Positions 14,331-27,818 of a DNA stretch of 64,000 nt are shown here, in pieces. The stretch's first letter is position 1. Each line of letters begins with the position of its first letter. The translations under genes and the position numbers were made by a program. Under the pieces are notes generated by a model, which did no database searches, had not been told where the DNA came from, and saw only the letters and a program-made list of their open reading frames with translations. This DNA comes from the human T2T-CHM13v2.0 reference genome, Homo sapiens. The stretch is from the NCBI RefSeq assembly GCF_009914755.1, contig NC_060933.1. One strand, 5' to 3'.

Positions 14331-17300
14331 ACTACCTTCCATATTTCTGCAAGTATGTGAGTTATCTTTGATGTAGTGTTACCTTTTCGCAGTGAATGAA
14401 GTGTAATAACCTCTTGCTCATTTTGTTTACAAAAATAAATAAATAAATAAAAGCAGGGACATTCTAAGTGGAATCAAGTTCCAAGTAATACAGACTTAAT
14501 ACTATTTATAGAATAATTCAATTTTATGATATATTTCATGTGTTGCTATCCTCAGTTATATTTACTCATGTATAGTTACACTTGTCAATGTCCTAGCTAT
14601 AATCACCTATTTTTAGATTTTAATAAATGTAATTAAATTAATAGCATTTCTATTTTTATAACAAGTTCTAAAAGTAAGCCACAGTAGAAAATTCATGATA
14701 AGATTAAGTTTGATTTTTATTTCACTTTTATATGTATGAATCTTAAGAATTTGGTATTTCCTATCTAATATTTGTCTTTCTGTTCTTGGAAACTAATTTC
14801 AAATTATTTACAAGTTTCAGAAGTATGCAGCCAGTGAAGAATCCAATATCATTTTGTTCAATATACCTATAATTTGAACTTAAATAAGTATACTTCCACA
14901 AATGTCACTGAAGCAAGTATTTCAAGTATTTATTTCCAGGTATAATTTCAATTATGGGGTATTCAGATATCTTGTTATATCAACAACTAAACATAATATA
15001 TTAAATTATTTGAGATATAAAAAGTATATCTTGAAAACAGTGCAGTTGTAAATCTTTAAGGTAGGAAAGCAGCTCAGCAAATGTTTTCCTCCACTGTCCA
15101 TGAGGCAAATGTCTAATGACTGTACACACACACTCACACTCACACACATACATACACATTCTGTCTCAAATATAGATATATATTCACACTCTGATTCAAT
15201 GAATTCAACCTCATGACTAAGGATTTGAATAGATAGTGTTTTTTAACCTTCATCCTTTCCTCTACTGCAATTTATAATTGAATTAGCTTACTTATTTCCC
15301 AGTAAAAACATTCCAGCATTGTGATACTATGATAAGGTTAAGATGTGAAAGTGTTTTTTACCATTTATTATAGAAAAACTATCTTATTTTCAGATTTATA
15401 AGAACCTTTTCAAATCCACCAAGGAAAAGTGTCTATGCCTTATAGATTGAAAAGCTCATCTTTACCAGTTAATTTACATTTTACTTTTTCCTAAAATATA
15501 AGGCTCTCCATATCTGTAGGTACACAGTTTGACTTAATTATCCTATGTTATATATTGTACATAATTATATGAGAGATAATGGCAATTTAAACAAATAAAA
15601 TGATGGCTATTTCTTTTTATTAACTTCATCATATTTCACTGAGGTTTTCCTTACTTTAGGCTTCCTCGATGGCTGCAATGTACGCTAAAAGTAAATTTTT
15701 ATGTGAAATGTTTAAAATATTTGAAAATGATGCTTATTGTTTGTCAGGTTTTGCCACTGTTAGCATGACTCAGTACCCATAGAGTCTGTCTCTTAGGGAT
15801 GTGAAGCAAATGATTTCTCTGATCCAAAACATTTCATATGCCTTAAAAGTCAAACAATGCAAAGATGTGATATTTAGAATACTAGTTACATAATAATGGA
15901 TAATGACTTAGCTTTTAAAACAACTGCTTTAAACATGACACATTTAAAGCTAATTTGTAACTTTCATATGTTTCTGAAACTTTTACAGTCACTAAATAAT
16001 TTGAGTAAAGCAAATGGGTTTCAGACCGATTACAATTTGGAAAGATTGATTATAAATTTTTAATAATATGTAACAAAGAAAAATGTGGTCACTTGATTAT
16101 ATACCTCTTCCCCAAGATCAAGTAAATACTTTATCAATAGAAAAAAGAAAGAAAAGCAAAAAGAAAAGAAAAAGAAAGCAACACTGCTATATAGAACATT
16201 TTTTTTTCTAAATGGAATCCAGCAGCAAAAAAAAAGATAATTGAAGATACTATTAAAAGATACAATTTAATATTAATATTGACCACATTTATAAATTCAC
16301 ATAATTTTATAAAACATATGCACTTCTGAGTATAAAACACACATAATACAAAAAAGATTATTACATTTTAAATTGTTAAAATTTCCTCAATAGTTTTTCC
16401 ACACCTGATGATTACTCTCAATCTCAACAAGATAATTATAAATGATGTTTATTATTCAAAATAGATTATTTTGTGTGTGTGTTTTATTCAATTAGGTGGT
16501 AAATTATAAGATTTTGCCAGGTGATTCAGAGAAGTAGCCTGGAAAAGTTTATATAGATGGTACTAAATGAAAGATAGAAAATTAAAAATTTATAGTTAAA
16601 TTTATTAGAAACTTAAAATTCTTTAAAAAATTATAGTTAGGTAAATAAATCAACTAAATTTTTCCTTTTTCCTTCATATTGCAGAGTGTATTATTCCAGC
16701 CGGTTTACCATGCAGGCTTCCCAATTTGATACTAATTTTAACCTGACTTTTACATATCAATATTAAAGAGACGAAAAATAAATGTGATTTTCTCCAGCTC
16801 TATATCCCTCCAAGGAGAGCTTTGGAACTGAAATCCTAATCAGGGGATACATTTTTAATATTTTTGTCTCAAATGAATTTGGAGTCCTCCATAGTATTTC
16901 CAAAGTTGCAGAGCAGAAAAGAGGTTACCAATAAAATTGGGTAGTTCTCATCCCAATTACAGAATTAGGCCAAGTTATCAGATATGCAACAAATATCCAC
17001 TCAGAAAGATTGAATATTTAAATATTTTAATTTATGAAGTATTAGCCTATTGCTCAGTTAAAGTATTTTGGAAATTTTTCTTTAAAAAATGTATCAAACT
17101 TGTGGTTAGATGACATTACTGACTCATTTTGCATCTGATCAAAACAAATAATGCATGAAACAAAGCAATGTAAGTTATAAAGCATTTTAAAATTGAAATA
17201 AGAGACCTTTATTTCTGTTGCATATCAAATGGGATTTATTGACTTCCTTTTCTCAAAAATGTCATATAGAAAACATTTCTACCCTCTAAAAATTACTAAT

Positions 17301-18304
17301 AACATTAGCATCAATGATTTACAAGTAGACACAAGTAAGATGAAACACAGATTAACTCATACCATCAAATTCATATGGCCAAGTATAATCCCATTATATA
17401 ACTATTTTCTATCACTAAGCATAGTCCAGCTATAAGTGTAAAAGGATGACGAAAAATGTTGCTAAAACATTAAGTGAAAATATACTGAAAAGAATCCCCA
17501 AAGACAAGAAATACAAGAACACACCAATTTGCCATCACACTTTATGTTCAGCCCTTTAGTGAAAAAAAAAAGTTTTCTAATTAATATTTCATTTACATTG
17601 GGGACAAGTACATAATGTAGTCATCAATTTGCTTAGATTCTGAAATACCATTCATTTATGTACATATTTTCTCTATTCAAATGTACTATTCACATCACTT
17701 GTCAATTTGCATATATTAAATCATCATGCAAAATTTACCATATTTTGAATATTTTATTAATAATGACCCTTTTCTACAATTTTTATATGCACTTAAATTT
17801 TAAACAGCCAAACATTCAAAGGCTTAAAAATCAACACTTGAATTTTAAAATACTATTTGTATGAAATGAAATATTTAATTACAAATGTTAACTATATGTT
17901 ATTGCTGTAACTATTGGGATAGACAGTGGGCAGTTAGTATAAGCTACTTTGTTAATAAATAAAATTTTAAAAATAATCAATGGAATGTTCATTTCAAACT
18001 ACTTTGTTATTTCATTTCATTTAAATTTAGCATAAACTTTACTTCGGCAGCCAATTCCTTAGTTGTTCTTCTCCATTAACTCATGACTACTTTAGCTCTT
18101 GATGCTAAGCATGATGATGTTTGGTTTCAGAAGTTGCCACATTAACAATAGGATCCTTCAAGCTACAATCATGCTAACCAATTTTGACAATTTTATATTT
18201 TATAGGGCCTAGTTCTAACATTCTATTGTTATTTAATTTTATAAATATTTTTAAAAATCTTGTTACTAAATTAAAAATAGACCTCTGGAAAATAAATCGA
18301 AAGG

Positions 18305-18609
18305 TTTTTTTGTTTTTTGTTTTTTGAGACAGAGTGTCACTCACTCTATCACTCAGGCTAGAGTGCAGCAGCCTGATCTTGGCTCACTGCAACCTCTGCT
18401 TCCTGGGTTCAAGCGATTCTGCTGCCTCAGTCTCCCAAGTACCTGAGAATACAGGTGCCCACAACCATGCCCGGATAATTTTTGTACTTTTAGTAGAGAT
18501 GGGGTTTTGCCATGTTGGCCAGGCTGGTCTCAATTCCTGACCTACATGATCCACTCGTCTGGGCCTCCCAAAGTTCTGGGATTACAGGCATGAGCCACTA
18601 TTCCCTGCC
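18305..18609 (-). mobile_element. AluS element
   Basis: Dimeric Alu antisense with T-rich tail. Confidence 0.92.
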
Positions 18610-18752
18610 AAATTAAAAGTTTTTATATGAAAAAGATATACACAAAGCAAAGATACTTTTACAGTATGAAAGTGAATTATAATTGAGAAAAATATCTGCA
18701 GGCCATAATAGAATAGTTCTATTTCAATAGTTCACAAACAATTTGTTAGTTC

Positions 18753-19178
18753 TGCTAAATAAAAAAAATTTCCAACACTTGTTAAAATGGTTAAGGATCA
18801 CTTCATTTAAGATTAAAATGATAGGTGTCAAGATGATTCTAATAGGCAAGAGAGATAAGGTTCAACTCTGAACACAGCAAAGATATCTGGGAAGTGCAGC
18901 TAATGAGCAGAGTGAAAGGTTGTCAATGAATACAAATTACTAAGAGGAGACATCAAGGGTAGGGGATTTCTTGTTAGCTAACGTAAGAGGATTCTTGCTG
19001 AAGGCAAGCCAGAGTGATCAGATATCAAGAGTGGGAGATTCTCTCTAAACTGACTTAGCAGCATTCTTGCAACAGCTGGACTAGGCAGTGTAAAGACAGG
19101 GCCCAAGGACAAAGTAGAGTCAAAAAGAGTGTTCCTAGAAGCCTGACTAAAGCGTAGACAAGAAGAAAGTCTTCATCA
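18753..19178 (-). mobile_element. MER31-type ERV1 solo LTR
   Basis: TG...CA termini with a perfect 4-bp TSD GTTC (18749-18752, 19179-19182). Reverse complement contains ctttagtcaggc and gcaagaatgctgctaagtcagtttagagagaatc, typical of MER31. Confidence 0.8.
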
Positions 19179-21244
19179 GTTCAAAAGTCACTTTCTATAC
19201 TTATGATTTGGCCATGAGCATTCCTATGTTTACTTAGTTTGGAGGAGTGGACTCAGCAGCATGTATGTTATGGGAAAAAAAGAGATTTGGAAAAATTACT
19301 TACATAAGTTTGAAAGGCAAGATGAATCTGGCCATATGGTAAAATCCAACAGAACTCTTCTGGTTATGAGTAATTTGTAAAATAATTCATACATTGCCCA
19401 TTATATGCATTAGATATATGTAAATTTTACCATGCTTATTCTTCAGAACACAAAAAGTGAAATACAAAGGCAAACATGGTAAAGCAATTTATTTTAGTTT
19501 TTGTGAGTTGTTCTTCTAGAGTATGTTATATGACTCTATGCCCTCAGTTTGAAACTCTCATTGAACCATATCTAAATTAACTAATAAAATGAACTTTGAA
19601 TTATATATGCCACTGTGTGCAAATTAACATTCATTGACTGTATGTGTATGTAAATATTGGCCAGTAAACAGAGCCATTTACATCTTCATAAAGAGAATAA
19701 CACTTCCAACTAAAATTCCTTCTAAAATTGGACTCATATCAATTGGAAGTATTTCAAACAATTACTAAACTGATTTACTTGAACAAATATAGAAAATATT
19801 ATCTAAGCTATGTGTACCTATTTTTTTATATTCCTAGAAATTAGGGGGAACTTTTATTTCCTTTGATTGAATATGAGTTTCTAACTTAACAAAATATATA
19901 ATAGTGAGTCAGTAAAATGAATACTTTTACCAAGGATGGAAAGTGTTCTGAATTATCTAAAAGACATTTTCATTGCAGTTAACATTTGCCTGTGTAGATC
20001 AGATTAATATTAAAATCTATTTTTTTCTTTTAACAAAATTTAGCAAATGAGGAATTTTCTATTGGTTCATTTCTTCTGACATTTCTTCTATGTTGACCCT
20101 TCTCCCACTTCATGTTGCAAGATGTGAGATCTTACTTCACTTATCACATTCATATTCAAGGCAAACTAAATAGAATCGGGATGATAGGCTTGTACATTTA
20201 TGCTTTTTTACAGAAACCTTTAGAGAAGTGTTCAGCTATACTGTATCTCACCTATAAAAGGTGGTTCACATTTCCAAATGGATAAAGGCTAGAAAAATCA
20301 AGAAAAAGAGCTGTCATGAGTACATGACAGCAAACATAATTTGGGGCTTAGACTCATGACCAAATTGAAGTTCTGTAAGTAAGAAATTAAGAGAAAATTA
20401 ATATTGGGCAGGCAAAATCCATGTTGGTATATCCTTATGCATATAACTAGAAATATATTGCTAATTTTAATAAACTTACTTTCAAAAATGTATTCTGTGT
20501 TATTATACTTTAACATGTGTTCATTAACTGTGTGTGTTCCTAAACCTTGTCATATTTGGATATGATTTTTAGCAATAAATAGTGGGGCAAGATGGAAAAT
20601 CTGAAGTTTTACAAAAACTAAATATAAGACAAAAACAATATATATTCAACTAAAAAGGAGTTGGCAACAAACTTCTCTGATTCTATATCAAATCCCAAAA
20701 AACAATGGAATATGTATCAGTAATTATTGACTACCATAGGGTAATAATAATAATAAATGGTCATAAAATAAATTAGTTAATGGAAAATGATAGATATTAA
20801 TTATTGAATGATAAAGCACAATGTAAAACAAAATGATAGAAATAATCATACTCACAAACATAACAATCTGTATGTAGAAGTCTAGGTTTTCCAAATTAAA
20901 GCTGGTTACTCACAAAATCCTTGAAAAGAGTGAGAAGTTGGTGGGGTGATTATATTTTTAAGCTATGAAGTCAGATAGTGTGATGTTTCATCTCAGTACC
21001 ACTATAAAATAAAGTTTTAATCCTGTTCATGTCAATCTTAATTTTCACTAGCTTTTTAGGTAAGGAAAATTCATGTCCATCCCTTCCTTGATTCATCTCT
21101 TTCAAAAGCAACACTTTAAATGGTTGATGACTTAACATCACTGCAACTATTTTCTCCTTCATTTAAGAACATAATCAACCATTTATGTGAGCATGTTTAT
21201 TTTACACCTCAATTTTGGCTCAAGGAATATAACACATAGTGGTT

Positions 21245-21990
21245 TCTTTCTTTCATTTGCCATATCAAATCCATGAACACCTGCCTTTAAGATGTATCAG
21301 ATTACTTTTACCTCTTACTAGCCATGTCCAGGCAACTGCCAAAGCACTGGATCATTGGAATAGCTTCATAAATGATGACCCTATTTCTCTCACTTTCATT
21401 CCTAGAGGCTGTTTTTCAGCCAGGAGTCAGAATGATTATAAAACATAAATCAAATAATTTCACAGTCTTGCTCATAGCTTTCTAATTGTTCCCCTTCTCA
21501 AAGTAAAACCCAAAACCTTGTCATTGTTTGTGAAAGAAACAATATGGGATCCTTCTCCATACCTCCCCCAATTTATTTTATCACAGCCCTCATTGTTTTG
21601 GTCATTCTATCCTTAAGAGCCTCCTGATATTTCTTGGAAATGCCAAGATTCACCCACCTTAAAAACCACTTTGTTTTTCTGTCTTTGAAAGAGACATGCG
21701 CTGTAGATATTTGCTTGCTACTCTACTTACTTCTAGACATCTCAGCAGAATTCTTTTGAGAGGCAGACAGTCACTCTGGATCTGCATTCAAATTTCACCC
21801 TAGAACTTATCCGCATGTTAATACTGCGTTTCTTTTTTTAATTTTTCACTGCCTTTCTCGCCCAAAAAGAAAGAACGTAAGCTCTTTTAGTCAGGGACAG
21901 CTATTTTTTTTTCTGTTTTCTCTTTTTCTTAACCTGGCATGAAGACACATTTCTGGCATAGAGCAAATGAATAATAAATATTTGTTGAAT
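21245..21990 (+). mobile_element. L2 3' end fragment
   Basis: Degenerate L2 3' motifs ending tggcatagagcaaatgaataataaatatttgttgaat. Confidence 0.6.
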
Positions 21991-22144
21991 CTAGTAGGTT
22001 TGAAGAGGCAGCTCATTATACTTTTCGTTTGCATTTCTTTAATAACTAATGATGTCGAGTATGTCGAGAATGTTTTCTTCAGTATTCTCAGTCAAATCTT
22101 GCGTAAGTTAATCCTTAATTTGTCAACTGTTGATTCATTTTGCT

Positions 22145-22402
22145 CTGTGCTGTTCTCATGATAGTGAATGAGTCTCACGAGATCTGATGGTTTTAAAAAT
22201 GAGAGTTTCCCTGCACAAGCTCTCATTTTGCCTGCTGCCATCCATGTAAGACGTGACTTGCTCCTCCTTGCCTTTCATCTTTCGCCATGATTGTGTGGTC
22301 TCCCCAGCCACATGGAACTGTGAGTCCAATAAACCTCCTTCTTTTGTAAATTGACCAGTCTCAGGTATGTCTTTATCAGCAGCATGAAAACAGACTAATA
22401 CA
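22145..22402 (+). mobile_element. THE1 (THE1A-like) LTR, 5'-truncated
   Basis: gtgctgttctcatgatagtgaatgagtctcacgagatctgatgg...aaacagactaataca; the first ~100 bp of the LTR are absent. Confidence 0.88.
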
Positions 22403-23730
22403 AAGGTTACATAAGAAAATAAGGACAACCACAGAATGGGACAAAAACTTATAAGTCCTATATCTGATAAGGAACACATGTTCCAGACGATATAACCACT
22501 CTTACAACTCAATAAAAAGACAATGCAATTTAAAAATGGGCAAAAGATGAATAGACATTTCTTCAAAAACATGAAAAATGGCCAATAAGCATGTGACAAG
22601 GTGCTCAATAACATTCATTATTAGGGAAATGCAAATCAAAACACAATGATACACCACTTCACCCCACTGAGATAACTAAATTCAAAAGACAAACAATAAG
22701 GAGTGTCAGCAAGAACAGGAAACTGGATAAGAACCTTCATTCAATGCTGAGGGAATGTAAAACCTTGTCTGTTTTGGAAAACATTTTGGTAGTTTCTCAA
22801 AAATTAAAACAGAGTTATCATATGATCCAGTAATTACACTCCAAGGTATATACTTAAAAGAAATGAAACCACACAAAAACGTATACCTGAATGTTCACAG
22901 CAGCATTATTCATCATAGCCAAAGTGGAAACAAGACCACTCAAGCCAGCACTGCCTCGGAACCTGACAAAGTTAAATGGAAGCCTACACAGCTGAGCCGC
23001 ATTTCCATGGGAGACATTTTGGTCATTCCAGGTGATGATGAACTACACCAATTGTTAGTGGCTGAGAAGAACCTCAGGAATGTGCCAGCATCTTTTGACT
23101 TTTATTTTGGGGGGCTGCATCTACTACCACAACATGCAATATGGGTAACACTGGCATGGCTGGTTAGATTTGATTACCTCATGCAAATAAGTCATGTGGT
23201 AATACTGATATTGATGATCAAATGTATTGGGAGATTGAGTTAAAGTCTCCTCAGGATGTAATACCAACGGAAAATGAGTCTTTAGAAGAACTATATTTAG
23301 TTAACCATCACCTAATTTCCAGATAAATAGTTCTGCACAGGTCATATAAGATACAAAGAGCAGTAGATCAAGGGGGAGGATGATCTTGGGGACTCCTGAA
23401 ATATACTGTCAATAACCCAGATATCCTCCAGTAAATAAATGGATATACAAAGTGTGGTATACATACATATGTACATACAGTGGAACATTATTCAGCCATA
23501 AACAGGAATGAAGCACTGATACAGGCCACACAATGAATGAACCTCAATAAACCGTAGAATCCTGCTAAGTGAAAGAAGCCAGTCAGAAAAGACCAGATAT
23601 TGGATGACACATGTATATAAAATGTCCAGAATAGGCAAATCTAGAGACAGAAGGCAGATTCATGGTTGTCAGGGGTTGAGGGAAGGAGGAAATGAGGAGT
23701 GATTAAGTGAATTAATGCATGTTAACACCT
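22403..23730 (+). mobile_element. L1MB-type 3' end, interrupted at 22934-23410
   Basis: L1M 3' motifs (gggaaatgcaaatcaaaac; cagcattattcatcatagccaaagtggaaacaa|cccagatatcc; aatgtccagaataggcaaatc). Confidence 0.8.
22934..23410 (+). mobile_element. Orphan ERVL-like internal fragment
   Basis: Homologous, in inverted orientation, to 1200-1460 of the ERV internal region; inserted within L1MB. Confidence 0.6.
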
Positions 23731-24093
23731 TAAACTTTGGGCAACTGCCCAATCACACAGACAGTGCAGTCTCATTCATGGGTTACATGACAAAACAAAG
23801 AGAAAAGCCTGGGTAGAAATACCAACATGTATGTTATGAAAAATATAACACCTAAATAAACAGAGAAACTATGTTCCTTAATGAGCAAATTCAATATTAT
23901 AAGGTTGCCAATTCTCCTCCCATAGTTTCTCAAAAGTTGCAATGTAATGCAATTTTAATCCAAATGGCATGGTTATCTAGACAAGAAAAAAATTGATTGT
24001 AAAATTTATATGAAATAATAAAGGTGTGAGAATTGCAAGGAAAATTTTCAAATGGAAAATTATTACAGGAGAAAGGAGTGTGGAGACCTTGCT

Positions 24094-24893
<800 letters not shown>

Positions 24894-25339
24894 GAGCACT
24901 CCACCAGGTATTAAAATTACAAAGATTATGTAATTAAAACAATACAGAACAGACCAGGGTTGACTACAAGATCAATGGGACAGAATAAAGTTACATATCC
25001 AATGCCTGCTGCTGACCACAGGGATTTGTCACAGATCTCATCACTTAGAAACCCTACAGTGGTTTCCCTGGTCACCTTCCAGTCACCACTACACCTTGGC
25101 TCCTTTTAGCACTCCTCCCTAGCTTATCACTATATGAAATTGCTTTATCTCTTTGTATTGTCTGTCACCTGCCACCATAATGTGAATTTCTAGACCTCCA
25201 TAGCATGCAAAGCTCTAGAACAGTTCTTAGAACACAGAAGGTGCTTGACAAATATTTTCTGAAAGAAAAAGAAGATACTTCAATACCTCAGTTTACTAAG
25301 GACGTGGGGCTACCATATGGCTGCCTGAACAAATACAGC

Positions 25340-25556
25340 TTGACATTCACTTTCTTGCTACTGATTGAAGTGTATTAACTTGTGTAATCACACAACTACC
25401 CTATGGGGTAGGTGCCCTTATTTCTCCATTTGGCAGAGAGGGACTAAGTATCTTAACCAAGGTCACATGGCTTTCAAGTGCCAGAGCCAGGACTCAGATC
25501 TACATAGGTCTGGCTCCAGAGCCCCCAATCTAACCTCTTAACCTCTCTGCTTTACT
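25340..25556 (-). mobile_element. MIR SINE (with an L2 remnant at ~25120-25265)
   Basis: cacaactaccctatggggtaggt...ccaaggtcacatggct...ggctccagagccc...cttaacc. Confidence 0.7.
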
Positions 25557-26519
25557 GGGCTAAACCTTCACCACCTATCATATGGAAAAAGAAATTCAAT
25601 AGAAAGTTATATGGAAAAAATACAACCCTGTGTTAATATTAGAAAATCCATAGTAACATGTAGAATGAGGAAGCTTCCTCAAGCCCAACTATACAGGTCA
25701 GATCGGTTGAAAAAATAAAACTAACAAATTTTTACATGTCAAAATATGCAATATTTGAAAATCCAAGGCTAATATCTTTAAATAGGCAAAGATTTATTAA
25801 TACTCCTTGACACACAAACAGGAAGTGAGAAAATGGGCAACTGACACAAATCGATAATTAACTGTGAGGACATAGGTGGTGGAGTCTCTCCTAATCCTCT
25901 ATTCTTGGAGATCTGGATGCCTGCCATTCGCGTATGGGAAGAACAGAGACAGTCATGGAAAACAGCATTTGATCTAGAAAGGACCATAATGAGGTCAAAG
26001 GGCGGTCTCAGGGCAGTCTTAAGAGCTCCCCATCCCCAAAGAACTGGCAAGGACTCTCCAGGTGCTCGTATGCGACTGCTGCCCAACTCCCATCACAAAC
26101 TCAGGAGACCTGTCATTTTCTGAAATTTTCATGACTTCTAAGACACTAGTTATTGGGGAAAACTTCAAATTATTTAAATAATGAGAGGCGAATAACATTG
26201 CTAAACTCATGAATACTCTGTATTTAAAACCTCCACTGGCGATCAGGGCACATAGAATCTCTACTACTGATCCCTGACGCTGGCCATCCCCCAACCCGTC
26301 GGCCCACGGACCCCAGCCCTGACCCCACCTCCTCCCAGCATCTTACACAAGGATTGTCACCACACTCCCCAGAGACTCGCCTGCCCAGGGCCCCTCTCTA
26401 ACCCCATATAGCTCAGGTCTCTGATCCAGAGACTGCATCACCGACCTCTCCTACTACCTATTTCCAGATTAGAGTCCCTGATCCCAGAGGCATTGTCTAA
26501 AATAACTAGCTCTTACAAC

Positions 26520-27210
26520 TACGTCCACTTCAGGAACCGCCCTGTAATGTCAGAACTTTGAGGCCGCCCGGCCAGGGCTGCACATGCTAAGTGAGGTCGG
26601 CGCCCGCCAGTAACAAACATGGCTCCCTGAAGCCGCTCAGGCTCAAGAGCAACATGGAGGTCTGCACTTAATCGCTCCTCTCCGGGGGCGGCCATACTGA
26701 GGAGGCATCTCTTCCGTGCAGGCAGGCTCTCCTGGGGACCTCAGAGATTCTCTCCAGCGGCAGCAGAAAACGGGCAATGGGTGGATTCGGGTCCAGATTC
26801 TTGCAGGAGGGAGTTTGGGATCGAGATCTGGAAAAAAGCACTAGACTGGAAGAGGACGCGATGGAGTCGGAGCCGCTGGCGGGGACAAAAACCAGAGGCC
26901 GGGGAAGGCGCCGGTGGGAGGCAAGGCACGGATGGACTTTACCTGCGCACGCGTCGCAGCCATCTCCGCGCACAGTGGTGGCCACCGCGACTGGTGCTGA
27001 AGTGTCGGCGCGTGCCGGGCGCTCCGCTGGGACCCGGGTTGCTCGCCCTGAGTCTCAGCTTTCTCATCTGTACGGTTGGGACAAGTACAGTAACCCTCGC
27101 CCGTCAAGACGGGCCAGGGCTGTGGCGAGGGTCCACGCCTTAGAGCAGGCACCTATCTTGTGCAGGGCCCTGAGACGGGGTCTGACTCAGTTCCTGCGGG
27201 GAACTTCACC
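26520..27210. promoter_or_regulatory. CpG island / promoter
   Basis: Sharp GC- and CpG-rich block in an otherwise CpG-depleted window. YY1-like AAACATGGCT (26615-26624) and GCAGCCATCT (~26956), NRF1-like TGCGCACGCG (26944-26953). Confidence 0.85.
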
Positions 27211-27238
27211 AGTGACCCAGTCAGTGCCCTTCAGTTAA
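26777..27238 (+). CDS. Putative 153-aa uncharacterized ORF in the first exon (no known domain)
   Basis: ATG in a strong Kozak context (gcaATGg); stop 20 nt before the splice donor. GC-richness alone could explain the ORF length. Confidence 0.3.
   Translation: MGGFGSRFLQEGVWDRDLEKSTRLEEDAMESEPLAGTKTRGRGRRRWEARHGWTLPAHASQPSPRTVVATATGAEVSARAGRSAGTRVARPESQLSHLYGWDKYSNPRPSRRARAVARVHALEQAPILCRALRRGLTQFLRGTSPVTQSVPFS
27047..27135 (+). mobile_element. MIR core fragment within the CpG island exon
   Basis: ctgagtctcagctttctcatctgtacggttgggacaagtacagtaacc...agggctgtggcgagg resembles the MIR core (ctgagcctcagtttcctcatctgtaaaatggggataatagta). Confidence 0.6.
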
Positions 27239-27640
27239 AGACCACCAGGAGCACACTTGTAAGTAAATATAATTACATTGCAGCAAGGAATGGGGTACTA
27301 TGGGTCATCTCAGTGGGAGGAGTTAGAGAGAAACTATTATACGATTTGGACTTTAATTGGTTGATTTCGGACAGGATCTCAGAAAGTGAAGACTTTAGAT
27401 TGGATGCTGTCAGAAAGCAGGAGCAATATGATTATTAAGTATTTTGTGGGTGGCATCAAGACCTTGTTTTTTATCTGCACTTAGACAACATTATAAAGTG
27501 CACTTGTTTTTGTTTGCACTTATCACGGTCTCAGATTAACCTTCTGAAGTTGATATTCTGTGAGATTGTTTATGTCCAACAGGAAAACAAAATGTCCTGG
27601 CCATGAGCATCAGACCAGCGTGTAATCACATTAAGGCCTG
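27213..27640 (-). mobile_element. MER67-like ERV1 LTR remnant
   Basis: aagaccaccaggagcacacttg...ttgcagcaagga...tctcagtgggagg...gattggatgctgtcagaaagc matches the recalled antisense MER67. Confidence 0.55.
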
Positions 27641-27724
27641 TGACCCAAATATTGACAGAATTGAAGTTAGAAATAGTTCTACAGTAACAGAGTCTTCAAT
27701 ACTCCATTTAAAATAATGCATAGA

Positions 27725-27818
27725 AGCTGGACATGGTGGCTCATGCCTTTAATCTCAGCTACCTGGGAGGCTGCGGCAGGTGGATTGCTTGAGGTCAGGA
27801 GTTCGAGACCAGCCTGGG
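27725..27818 (+). mobile_element. Alu left-arm fragment, 3'-truncated
   Basis: Alu 5' sequence ends abruptly at agcctgggcc. Confidence 0.85.

Larger units (their letters stand above)
26600..27258 (+). ncRNA. Candidate first exon of a spliced lncRNA / uncharacterized transcript (TSS uncertain)
   Basis: CpG island followed by the donor CACTT|GTAAGT at 27259. Recalled, not verified, as resembling LOC389831/C2orf27A-type duplicon transcripts. Confidence 0.55.

Noticed and set aside
22863-23243. 126-aa ORF first suspected to be a processed pseudogene of a cellular gene
   Set aside because: No recognisable parent and no poly(A); the insert is homologous to the ERV internal sequence at 1200-1460.
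26668-27152. Several overlapping ORFs on both strands
   Set aside because: Expected from stop-codon scarcity in a GC-rich island.
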